In this document: in pieces, positions 35,500 to 47,645 of the stretch
Layout of the letters: each line of letters starts with the position of its first letter
How positions within the stretch are numbered: the first letter of the stretch is position 1
NCBI RefSeq assembly: GCF_016433145.1
Contig: NC_058134.1
Coordinates: 16,926,038 to 16,990,037 of the forward strand
Length of the DNA: 64,000 nt
Direction: 5' to 3'
Source: Gracilinanus agilis
Taxonomy: Eukaryota
The notes under the pieces: generated by a model
Databases searched by the model: none
The model's input: only the letters and a program-made list of their open reading frames with translations
Told to the model about the DNA's origin: nothing
Position numbers and translations under genes: made by a program

Positions 35500-36400
35500 A
35501 TGGCCCATCCTCGTACTTCAGGGCTGGCACAGTGCTCTCCAAAGCCAGCTTAGTGCCCAGAAGATGGAGCCGCATCAGGCTGCGTGGGATGCAGCTGCTT
35601 CCGAAAAATGCCCTCAGGGGGTTCCAGCATCCTTCCAGCATCCTTCCAGCATCCTTCCTCCTGGCCCGCCCCGCCCCGCCCCGCCTCACCCCGCCCTACC
35701 CTCCAGGCTTCGGAGGCTGCGGCAAGCTCCCTCCGCTTCCTCTCCGGGCCGCCCTCCAGGTGGCGCCGTTGAGCAGGAAAGAAGCCCCGGCCTAATGAAT
35801 CCAATGGAAAGTCAAATTGGAAATTGAATTATAGCCGGGGAGAAGGGACGGTAGCCTTGAGGTTGTGCTCGGCCCGGGCTCTCCGAGAGCTCGCTCGCTC
35901 GCTGCTCCCATGTGTTAGCTTGCTCGCGAGTTAATAACGGCGCCGGAGCAGTTCAAGGCTTGGGCGAATTGCTTTCGACATGAAATAAAGCCAAAATGAA
36001 TTTGTGTCCGATATCATTGACATTAGTGCTCATTACTTCTGGGGTGTAATGCCTCAAACCATCGGAAATCAATTTTAAAGATTGCCCATTATTTTATAAA
36101 GAAAATAAAATACATTTCCAACAGCAACAAAGCAGTAAGTACCAGCGCAGGGAGAGTTACTTATCCCCTCGGCCGCTTGGCTGGCTGGCTGGCGGTGGGG
36201 CCGGCAGGCGGGCTTCCTGCCTGGGCTGAAACTGGGCCCCCCCAACCCCCCCTCCCAGCTCAGCCCAGCCCAGCATCCCTGCCCGGCCCTTCCTCTCTGG
36301 AAATATTTAATGCTCCAGAGCTGTTTACAGATGTGGAAAGGAAACTGGAGGGGGCGAGCCTGAGGAGCCTGGCTGGGCTCTGATGGGGTTGAGCCACTTT
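35500..36400. promoter_or_regulatory. Intronic CpG island with Sp1-type boxes, CCAAT and a CTCF motif
   Basis: (CCCCG)n near 35665-35695, CCTCCAGGTGGCGC at 35753-35766, CCAAT near 35801. Confidence 0.7.
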
Positions 36401-38477
36401 TTCGTGGAAGGAGCTCATTCCTTTGGGCAGGGGGTAATGGGGTGGGAAGGCATGGCACGGAGGAATGATCTAGACTCCATCCTTGCTTGGAAATGGCTCC
36501 TTTGAAAAGGAACAACCCTTCAGGCCCCTTTGGGGCGCTCAGAACCCCTCTGTTTGGAGAGTCTTTGGGACTCGGGCTGGAAAAAGAAATCGGGTCCATT
36601 TTGGTTTGATGGACAAAATCCATAAGCGCAGGGGAGTGCTCGAGGGGCTGTTTTTGGGTGGCTTGATTCTATGCGTTGCTAAGTATGTTCATGTGATATG
36701 TATCATGTTTGGGTCATGTTACACACATGGCACAAGTGTGTTCGTGTTATGGGGATTCCTAGAGCTATAAATGCCCCGTCTTCCAAGGATTCCAGCACCT
36801 GGAAAAGCACAGAATTAAAACCAATGCACATGTGGTGTCCGTGGGTTCAAACACACATACACTCATAGGGTCGGAGCTGGGGTAGATGTGGCCGCCTCTG
36901 CACGCGCGCACAGATGCCCACTCTCGCATGTCTGCGTGCCTCGGCACACAATCCCGATCCAGGGGGGCACAAATTCTCATGTAGAGATGATCATGGCACG
37001 CACATGGAGACACATGCTCACGTCTACACACATCACTTAGGCATTCACACCTTTGCCCCCAGGGGCCAGTGACCCATTCCTCACAGGCTACAAAGGCTCA
37101 AAGTTCTGTCTTCCAAAGAACAGAAAATAGGCAAACACAACCGTCTGGACATAGGATAAGAGCAGCTAACAGCTATACGGCGCTTCCTGGGTGTGAGGCG
37201 CACTACTAAGCCCTTGAGGACGGTGACCGTCTCATTCGGAGCCCCGCGGTGCCGCATCTCTCTTCTCCCCGTACATCCAAATAAATGGAGCCTCTCCAAT
37301 GCTGATGAGCCCAGGTTTTTAAGGAGATAAAAATAAACCCTAGATTTGAGTCTCCCAAAACAGGGAGAAGAAAATCAGGTCCATTTGGTCTGATGGGGGA
37401 AATCTGTATTCTGGAGACCTGGCTGTAAAGTTCCGCAATTCCACGCTGGCCACTTAATTTGGCGCCCTGGGCACCCGCGTGGTGTCAGTTCCAGGAAATT
37501 CTCCTCTCACTGAACAATGCATCCAAGATCCAACCCATCCATACCTTCCCGGACTTGTGTAAAAGGAGATAATGTTGGGGTTTACACGAATTGTTGTCGA
37601 GCCTTTCTATGCTCATCAGATCAGAGGAAGTGTGTTTCCCAAGCAGAGGGTCCCGGATCACAGGCCATCTGCGATGACTCAGAGGCTTGGATTTAGTATG
37701 AATGCCAGAATCATCTCAAGACATCGTTTTGGTACAAGAGTTGGAGCCTCAAATCCATCTTTAGGCAAATCTTTCTGGAATGCAGGAGAGTTGACTTGAC
37801 GGGCATCCCGGGCACATGTTTAGTGAAAAGAAACAATCTTTATATCTATTAGCTTGCTGATTCAATCAATCCATCTCCCGGTGCAGGGAGAGAAAGACAT
37901 GGAAGAAATGTTAAATTCAAATTCAGGATCATTAAAAAAATCAAGCCAAACTTTATGTGTACAAGTACACACACACATATCTTACCCGTGAAAGCAAATT
38001 TATAAAACATGTCTGAATATAAGACATCCCATGATTCACTTGTGTTTGTTTTAAACCAAGGGTCCTGGAGAAGTCTGACACTTGAGGACAATCTAGCCAG
38101 TAAAGATCATTGAGCTGAGCTGGTGGCTCGCTCTTTAAAAACTTCCTTAAAGGAGAATAAATTTCTGCGATTATATAAGCAAAAAATTTCTGTAATTGCT
38201 CCACACCGCCGTGGCAGATGGGTAAATTGCAGAAATGCCCTTGGAGTTATTCTTCTAACAGATGTCTTTCTCTATTAGCTTCATGTTTTTACTCACCTAA
38301 AATTCCAAATAATTTAATAAAAGTTAACATATGCTATTGTCACCTTAATTGTGGGTCTGCTTGCTAGCTGATGTGATCTTCCTCATGATATTTTTTTTAA
38401 TATGTTTTTATTCTTTGGAGGCACCCGGTCATCCGTCCCTGCCTCTTCACCTTATGTGTGTCTTTATTTTTAAATAG

Positions 38478-38693
38478 GATCCTACAAAATGCCCTTTTGC
38501 TATCGGACAGCAGACTTCACCTCTTCTTACAGAGTCACTTAAGCTCTGAAGACATCGAGGCCTGTGTTTCTGGACAGACAAAATACTCTGTTTCTGAAGC
38601 GATTCAGAAGTTTGCTTCTTCCAACAGACGTTTCCCCAAAGAAGATGAAGAGGGGGGGAGAAAAGCCAATTCTATAGATTATGGCTCCACAAG
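38478..38693 (+). CDS. SNX10: SNX10 coding exon 5 (ILQNALLLSDSRLHLFLQSHLSSEDIEACVSGQTKYSVSEAIQKFASSNRRFPKEDEEGGRKANSIDYGST), end of PX plus extended PXe helices
   Basis: ttttaaatAG acceptor, 216 nt, donor GTAATT at 38694. Phase consistent with exon 4. Confidence 0.96.
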
Positions 38694-39181
38694 GTAATTC
38701 CTTCCGATCATTTTTCATATATCATACGTGTATGTGTATTTACATTCCACATATTTGTGTACAGACATACACACACTTCACTTTTTTGTTGATGTAAAAC
38801 TAAGATAATGAAAAAATTAATTGACTGAGATTTTATTGAGCTGTGACAGCTCATCATAGAAGTCTTCACACACACCTCCACACTGAATTAATGAATGCAG
38901 TAGAAATTCAATTATCTGCATTCTGATNNNNNNNNNNNNNNNNNNNNNNNNNNNNNNNNNNNNNNNNNNNNNNNNNNNNNNNNNNNNNNNNNNNNNNNNN
39001 NNNNNNNNNNNNNNNNNNNNNNNNNNNNNNNNNNNNNNNNNNNNNNNNNNNNNNNNNNNNNNNNNNNNNNNNNNNNNNNNNNNNNNNNNNNNNNNNNNNN
39101 NNNNNNNNNNNNNNNNNNNNNNNNNNNNNNNNNNNNNNNNNNNNNNNNNNNNNNNNNNNNNNNNNNNNNNNNNNNNNNNNN

Positions 39182-39245
39182 TCACAGTTGTGAAGACAGC
39201 AGTCCACATGGATGTAAAACAAGCCCAGCTCTTCAAGAATCCTGA
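39182..39245 (+). CDS. SNX10: SNX10 last coding exon, visible part (HSCEDSSPHGCKTSPALQES*); 5' end lies in an assembly gap
   Basis: Frame CAC(39183)...GAA TCC TGA(39243-39245) matches the human C-terminus GHSSDDSSSHGCKVNTAPQES*. Not present in the supplied ORF track. Confidence 0.9.
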
Positions 39246-41500
39246 AAAATAATTTTTATGTTACTCTGTCAGTAATAGAAAATCATGCCCATGTCACACG
39301 GACAGGGTTGGTTCACAATAGGTACCTCCCAACAGAAAGTCAGGGTGACATGATTGGTGGTGTGTTCGCCAAGCTGTTGCCCTTTTTTTTTTTTTTTTTT
39401 TAAGTTCATTAATGGTTTCCAGTTCCGGGTTTTATGTTGTCTTATTTTGACTAAGGAAAATTCTCTTGGTTATGACTCAGTAAAATAGCAAACACTGAAT
39501 TTTCAGGATGAGGATGATTGATAAACGAGCTCCTTCTCCAATAGGAAATGATTTGTGTTAATATATTTAGGTGTGAATTTAAACCTGTGTGTGTTGTGTA
39601 AAACCTTTGGTTTGGTTCAATTAAAAAATCCACTTGGTACATAAACACAGTTTAAGCCCAGGATATTGCATTTTCTCCTACATTAACATGTCACTTTCCC
39701 CAGACTTTTGAAGCCTGTCATAGGATTTTGTAGTGGATGAATGAGATTTGCTGATATTACGAGGCTCTGTCTCCGAAACAGGGCAAAAACTCGGATGTTG
39801 CTGTGAGTGTGAGTGTGTGTGGCTGACTCAATCCTGGCGAGGGCTGCTCAGCTTCCTCGCCTGCTATTTATTATGCACACAGATGGCACCCACAGCTTAG
39901 CAACGGAGACCTGTGTTCAAATACCTTTTACTCAAGAATGCAAATTCAAATAAATAGGCCGATAGTCTCTTCATTCTTAGCGAAATAGCTTCCCAAGCAG
40001 AGATCAGCTTAAGCCTCAGGTTGGGAGACCCCCAGGCTTTGTTTCTGTCATGTATTTGGCTGCCAGAGAGGAATTTATTTTCTTTCAAAATGTCTCATTT
40101 CTTCTTCACTTGCAATATCTCCTTATTCCTAGTGGTTGTTGCTAGTTTCTTCATTAAAGGGAAAGCCAGGTATTAAAAGGCAGACTAAAGGTAATGGCTA
40201 CCAAAAAGTATTCTGCTAATTTAGGAAATAAGATTAACTAATTGATTATGCATTAAAAAAAAGGCCCATCGATTCCTTTACCCCCTTTAAGGCTCCACTT
40301 GAGAAATGTCGCAGTCTGATAAAATATAGCCTCCACTAGCCTAAAGATAAACTTGGATTCAATAACTTTCTGGTGACAAAGCACTTTAATAAGATAATGA
40401 TCCAAATTTCTTCCTTGTCCTTCCTTGTACAAAGTAATCAGTTTCTATTCTGAGCAACTGGCAGAAAGATATTTGGGAATAACTTGTTGCTTCTCTTGGC
40501 TATTCCTCCTGGCTAGCCTCCTCTGGAGGCTGGTCAAAGATGCCTGCAGAAGGCAGTTAATTTCAGGAGTGTTTTTGTCGTTCTATTATTAATAAACTCC
40601 TCATGGAGGGCGAAGGATAGGACTCAAAATAACAGCACCAAACAAAACAAAAAACGGAGGATAAGAATTATTCCCTCAATTTTGCTGTCTTGCTTTCTTG
40701 TTTGGCCTAAACTCTTATTAGATTTTTGGGAAGGATCTTGATTTAGTATGTGAGGGCTGTTACTGCATCATGGGAGAGCCATTAATTGAAAACAGGGGGG
40801 AAAAACCCCCTAAGATTTAAGAGCTTTCTTAATCACCTTGGTAACGGCGGTGGGGGTAAGAGAAGAAGGAGGGGGTGGCTTGCCATCTAGCTATTAGATT
40901 TATTTATTTATTTTTCTTAGCAGTACATATTTGAATTTACAATCACTATTTCACTTTCGGAATATTTTTAGAAAATGTGAGCAGCCATAAATTTTCATGT
41001 TATTTTTAGATCTTGTAACATAAATATCAAAATGTCTATCTTGTAATTTGTTCCATAAGATGTAATGAATTTTATTTCTAAATTAAATGTGAAGAAATCT
41101 AATCTGGCCTATTTGGTTTATTTCTGAGAAAAAAAAAAGAGAATCAGTCATTTCTTCAATGAGATCAGAATTTATTTTTATTGTTTTTCAAAATTACCTA
41201 AAGAATGTTGGCAAATTGATTTAGTTTTCCCAATTGGTTCTTTTGCAGTTAAAGTTTGGGGATTTTATTTTCAGTTTGATTATTTGGGTTCCCAAACACA
41301 GGCCAATAATAAATAACTGATTTCTTGCCAGTCTCATGAATTTGTATCTAAGATAACACTCTGCTCATCCTCTACCCCCCATTTCCCTGCTTTGTTCAAT
41401 TTCTTACTTACCTGGATTGAATGCATAGGAACCTTTCCATGGGGGCAAGAACACTCAGGTAATTTATAGAGAATAAATGCCCATTTGGATGATTTTTATT
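39246..41500 (+). other. SNX10: Probable SNX10 3'UTR; 3' end uncertain
   Basis: AT-rich, repeat-free sequence after the stop codon, with AATAAA at 39949, 40591, 41308 and near 41473. Confidence 0.55.
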
Positions 41501-42399
41501 TTCAAAAGTATTTATCTAAAAATATGCATTAAAAAACCCCCAAATACTTGAAAATATTTTATGGATTGCTGGGAGCAGGAGTATCCTAGTGATTAACTTG
41601 GACATTTTGAATTTTTAAAAAAAGGCAATACTTCCTTTCCCCTCCCCACCCTTCCTTTTAATTGGTTTATGTGGAACTTAAAGGTTTCCACCATGAAATT
41701 CAACGACCTGTTACGCTACTCAAAAGTCCCACATTTAGGGCAGTAAATAATATTCCTACTTAAAATGTTCTGCTTTTAAAATTGCTACCAAAAGGAAAAT
41801 GCTACTAGGAAATAGCTTGGTATTTTATAAACGCTCCCGAGCGTTTATAAACAACGTCCATTGAGAAAGGTCCAGTGTCACGGGTTTTTCCGAGACTAAT
41901 TCACATTTTATTGCATAATTAAATACAAACATACATTTGCAAAGGAGAGGAGGCAGATTTCCTTAGCAGTTTTTATAAATTAAAAAGATGAATTCAAGCT
42001 CAATTCTGGAAGTAGAGCCAACAATCATTATAATTTTATTTAGAAATCATTTGGTGTTTTCCTTTAGCTCCCAGAAGATGCACCATTAGAAAGCCCCAAG
42101 GGCGTCTGCAGCCCCTGGGCCCAAATGGGACGCCTTTTACTGGTTTAAGACAAAAACTCGTCTTCCTCCCCCCAAACCCCTGGTCCTTCTTTTCCCTAAC
42201 TGAGCATCCTTCCCATTTCAAGTTATTTTGTTGCCACGTTTGCAACACAATGCACCTTTTTCACCCAGGTCCTGGGGGGAAACATTTTTTCCAAGAAAAG
42301 AAAATGATTGTTGTTGTTGGCTGGTTTTATTGTGTAGTGGAGCCGGCGGGAAGTTTTTAGACGAAAAAACAAATGCTGCCGGGAATGAAAGTTTTTAGC

Positions 42400-44500
42400 G
42401 ACCACCTGGCAACAGAAGAACCGCTGACCCTCCGATGATACGCCCCCCCCCCCCCCAACCCTCCCGAGAAATGATTACAGTTTGTAGGAGGGAGGCGAGA
42501 ATCCCAAAATATGTGAATTAGGTAAGATGTCCAAAAAAAAGAAGAAAAGAATAGCAAGTGTTTACAAAGGCCGCCGGTGGCCCCTCCTGCAGAAGGAGAG
42601 CCCCAAGGCACCACTGTCCCCGGAAGCCAGACCCCACCACGGGGCGTCCCTTCCTGGCAGGACACTTTCCTCCCTCATTGTACTGACAAGGGCACTCACT
42701 GGGCAGAAGGGATTTAGCGTCCACGACCCTTTCCTTTTTCTGCGAACTCCCTCTGAACCACGGACTCGGTAGGCCAAAGGCAACAACAGCCCAGGCTCGA
42801 GCCCCATTTCCCCTGGCATTTACACTCTGGGCTTTGGCCCCTTTCAAGGGGCGCAGCCCGAGGGCTCCCTCCTCGGCGGCTGTGCAGCTCCCGCCGCGCA
42901 GCTGGGGGCACCGTCCTGGCCAGCTTCTTACCTCCGGGCTCCCCACCCACCCACTTGCACTGACTGGGTGCAGGGGCTGCCTCAGTGGCCTGCGCACCAG
43001 CTCCCGCGCTCCCTCTGCGTGGGTCTCTCTCTCTCTGCCCCGCACACGCGCGTTCCTCCCTCCTCCCCAGCCTGGGCTCGCGGCGTGCACAGGCTCCAGC
43101 AGGCTCGAGCTGCTGGGACTGCTTGTCAGGTAACCAAGCAGCCGGCCTTGGGCCGGTAACCCATGGCAACCGCCCTGGTAACCCATAGCAACGGCAACAA
43201 AAAGGGGAGGGGGAGGAGTGGGAACAACCATGTACACAAAAAGGCAGCCATTGACTGCGCAGACAGACTGGGAGCGGGCCTGGGGTGGGGGGGCTGCCAA
43301 GGATTAAACCCCCCTCGAGCCAGGCCTAGGATGCTTCCTGCCCCCGCCCTACCCCACCCCATCCCACCCTCCCGCTGCCGTCCTAACCGAGGACGGAGAG
43401 AGTCGGGGGTCAGGACTTTAGTGCCCCACCCCCCTTCCTGGGCCACCTCTTCCAGGCCACATCCGGGACAGGGAGGGGCTCCCGCCAGGCCTCTAGTTTT
43501 GCTGAGGACAGGGACTTGTTTATTCTTGAAAAAGCGGCCCTGCCTGGAGCTGAGCTGAGTTGTGCGTATTTGGGTGTGCCTGCAAGGCTGTAGCCGTGGG
43601 TGTGAGCAGTTGTGAGTGTGCACTGTTTGCACGTCTACCCACCCGCGGGCCTGCGCGGGGGTAGGGGGTGGGGGTGGTCTGCATCTACAGTCTTCTCGAG
43701 CGGTGCAGCCATGTTTTCAGGGCCGCCCTGCGTGCGCGCGCCTGTCGGGCTCGGAGCTCAGCGTGCGTGCGCGCGCTCTTTTGTCTGGCTGGGCCCGGGT
43801 ACAATGGCACGCCTTTGTGTGTGCGTGCACATGATGGGCGCGCGCGCGCGCCGAGCCTGTCCCAGCCCCCTGGGGGTTGCTCCTGGTCCCAATGCCGCAG
43901 TAGCTCTTTGTTCCACTGGGGTTCGGAGCTGGGGCATCCTCCGCCAGTGCCCCGGCCTCGAGGGTCAGGCTTGGGTGCCCAAGACCTTAAGTCTGCGGCT
44001 GAAAAGCCACGGCCTCCTTTGGTGTCTGGTCTGCACGCACTCAGGGTTAAAGCCCTCCCTCCCACGCACGCCCGCTCCCCACGTGCCCCTCCTTTCCTGG
44101 GCCGCCCTCGCTCGGGAACCGCCCTCCGGTCTGCTTCCAAAAAGATCTAGTTTTTGGGCGCAGCGTTGGGACGGTGCGGAGCATTCTCTCCGGGAAGCGA
44201 GGCACCTTTGTGCTAGACTACGACGTATCCCTGCTGGACCCCGCCCTCCGGGGTGACTGTCCCTGAAGGCATTGCTTCGGAGGAAATAAGCATCATTCAC
44301 CCCGTGTACGTGTGTGTTCCATGTCAGTGTCCATCCGCACGTAACACACATGTTTAGGTTCCGGGTCCCTGCCAAAGGAACCAGCATCTTATGGCTAACT
44401 AGTAAGCTTACTGGGGGCGCAGAGCTAAGTAGGGCGCCGAGGAATCACAGTATGGCAGACTGTACGTAGGGGCCGCCGCATCAGTGTCTCCAAAGCGGGC
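42400..44500. promoter_or_regulatory. Large CpG island about 3 kb past the SNX10 stop; promoter-like, with RFX X-boxes
   Basis: CpG-dense and repeat-free. GTAACCCATGGCAAC at 43156-43170 and GTAACCCATAGCAAC at 43178-43192. Confidence 0.8.
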
Positions 44501-47499
44501 GTTTCTCTGCTCCAACACAGCCCCTACCTATTTTGTTGCAAGTCTCCTAACTGACCTCCCCGAAAGCTGCAAGTCGTCCCTTTTATGTAGCTGCCATAAT
44601 GGTTTTCCCAAAATATAGGTCTGATCATTTCACTCCCTCTCAACCCTCCCTAGTGCTTCTAGGACCAAATGTCATTTCATCTTTATCTCATCCTTTTCTG
44701 TTGTCTTTTTGTGTATAAATTTTTATATCTTGCATAATTATTATTTTTAAATGCTCACCTTCTTTAGAATCAATGCCATGTATTGGTTCCAAGGCAGAAG
44801 AGTAGTAGAGGCTAGGTAATGGGGCTTAAGTGACTTGCCCAGAGTCACACAGCAAGGAAGTATCTGAGGTCACATTTGAACCCAGGACCTCCCATCTCAA
44901 TCCACTGAGCCACCTAGCTGCCCACAATGTGTGTAATTATTAGTAAAGTGGGCAACTAGGTGACTCAGTGAAGAGAGTCCAGAAGCCTTGAGCTCAAGTC
45001 CAGCCTCCGATACTTCCTAGCTGTGTGACTCCAGGCTAGGCATTTAACCCAATTCTCCTCAGTTTCCTCATCTGTAAAATGAGCTGGAGAAGGAAATGGC
45101 AACTCACTACAGTATCTTTGCCAAGAAGATCCCAAATGGGGTCACAAAAAGTCAGACATGGCTGAAACATGATTGAACAAATGAGTACTGTAGCAAATCT
45201 ATATAATTTTAAATAAGTAACTTACATTGGAGGTACACATCCAGTTGTCTATTGATAGGAATGTGATAAAAAAATTTGGGAGACCTCAACGCCATCCTAC
45301 TTAGAACTAATGAAGTGTATGTCTGTCTGTCCATCTGTCTGTTGATTTTTGTTGTTCTTGCTCAAGACCTGTCATTCGCTGATGAGGGAACCTCCTCTAC
45401 CTACCTAGAGACCAAATGAAGAGGGGTGAAGTTAGATGACAGCCAGGGTCACATGGTAATAGACGGTAAAATGGGCGAAGAGGGGAGGCTTGACCAGGCT
45501 TTCCTGACTCCCCAGGCTGTCATGCCCACACCCGCAGTATTACAGGTACAAACACCATACATAATGCAGTTCTCCTAACTCTAAAACTTAACATTTAGTT
45601 CCACTCTTTTATTTTTCAGATGAGGAAACTGAGGAAGGCTAAAGTGAAAGGATTTGTTCAAGTTTATAAGGGCAAGTAAGTAGCAGAGAGGATTCAATCC
45701 ATTATTCTTTTCAAATGAAAAAGATTTTATCACAACCCTATGGATATTTATTAATTTATAATAGAATTAATATTTATTATGAAAATATAACTATTATATA
45801 GAAGAAATGTTAATATTTAGAAGACTTGTGCCAATCATCATTGTTCTTATCATTTCAGGACTTAAGATCTGTGTTACTATGGGCAAAGGTCATTTAACTT
45901 CCACGAACTCAGTTTTCTCATCTGTAAAATGGGGACAATAATACTTGTGCTATTATTACTATGTACTATATTACCTTTCAGGGTTATAGTGATTAAATAA
46001 TCGACATATGGCACACAGACACATACCTACCCATCCATATGTATATATACCATAGTAAATTATACATAATATATATATACATATTTTTTTGGTCCAAGTG
46101 TATTCTCTGACTCCTCCTAATTTTATGATCACCAGAATGCCATTTAACGCTTAGACCACGATCACAAATTATGTCAGTTTCTAATCCAACGCAGCTTGGT
46201 GGTCCAGTGGATAGAGCTGGTCTTGAAGTCAAGATCCGAATTCAAATCCAGACTCAAAGACACTTGGCCAAGTCACTCGACCTCATTTGCCTCAGTTTCT
46301 TCATCTGTCAGAGCTCTTATAATTATGACTAATACTAGCTAACATCAATAAGTGTTATTAATAAGTGACTGAGTGATTAGTAGGTGAACCCGAAGGTCCC
46401 TTGCAGTTCTCGATCTCTGGTACTGCCGGTTCCGAATTTAGGAATTTAGCTGGTGGAAGAGCTGCTCCTTCAGCTTGGGCTGCCCCCACGAACGGCTAGA
46501 GCACCGGCCACACGCCTGCCTTTCACACACAAAGGCAAACGTGTACAAATCAAGTTTTTGTCGTTGCATCACGCTACCAAGGCCAAGTTTTTATTGGACT
46601 CTTGTAAAACGAATCATCGCCGCCTTATTTACCTTGTGGGGAAGCCGCGTCTTTCATAGACGGGTTTGCGTAGAGTGAGGCCTGCCACGGTCCAATCTGC
46701 ATGGCCTCAGGCTTTCCCTCGGTGCTCAAAGAGAGCCTGGGGGGCATTGAGGGACGGAGGCGGAGGGATCGCGCCATGGAGCCCCTTCCTCTCCGGCCCG
46801 TGCACCAGGAGTGCCCGTTGCTTTCCTTTCCTTTTTTTTTTTAAACAAAAGCAATTCCGGAAAAGTGCACATTTCCCGGGTGCCAGTTCCCGTTTTGCCG
46901 GCCCTTCCTGCAAACAGCGGGAGCCCCAAGGCCTCGTGGCGCGGAGTCCTGTAAGCCCCAGTCCGGGCTGCGCGGACGCACAATGAATCGNNNNNNNNNN
47001 NNNNNNNNNNNNNNNNNNNNNNNNNNNNNNNNNNNNNNNNNNNNNNNNNNNNNNNNNNNNNNNNNNNNNNNNNNNNNNNNNNNNNNNNNNNNNNNNNNNN
47101 NNNNNNNNNNNNNNNNNNNNNNGAGCATCTGGAATTGCCGCGCCAGTGAGGTTTAGTGAGGACGACCTATTGCTGGAGTCAGGCGGCCCCTTTGTAATCA
47201 GCCGCCCGCTCTGCCGGGTGCGGGGCGGGAGGGGGGCTGGAAGGAAGAAGCCCGCGAAGGACATTACCTTCCTGCGCGAGGGGAAGGAAGTTTCGCTCCC
47301 CCCCCCCCCCCCCCATATTGCTGAGGAGCGCTGGCCTTCCCAGCTGAATGGAAACATTAATTGCCATCATAAGGGGATGCGGTTATGTAAGCGCCCCGGG
47401 AGAAGGCGGAGGGAGGGAGGGAGGGAGGGATTGAGCCTATTGCCAAATGAGGCCATATTCGGACTCTTTGGATTTGGGGGTAGGAGGGGGAAAAGGGGG

Positions 47500-47645
47500 G
47501 GGGGAGCAGGGAGAAAGAGACAGATTGAGAGAGAGAGACAGAGAGACAGAAAGGGAGAGGGAGAGACAGAAAGACAGAGAGACACGCACACACAGAGAGA
47601 GCAGACAGAAAGGGAGAGACAGACAGAGAGAGTGAGAGGAAAGAA
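47500..47645. repeat. (GA)/(GACA) purine-rich microsatellite running into N gap 47646-47851
   Basis: Directly visible. Confidence 0.9.

Noticed and set aside
7655-39245. Calling the gene SNX11
   Set aside because: MFPE start, [21 protein letters not shown] and the short QES C-terminus are SNX10-specific; SNX11 reads VITVRVQDPRVQNEG.
42518-44256. ORFs of 130-260 aa in the CpG island
   Set aside because: Overlapping frames on both strands, GC-driven composition and no recognisable homology.
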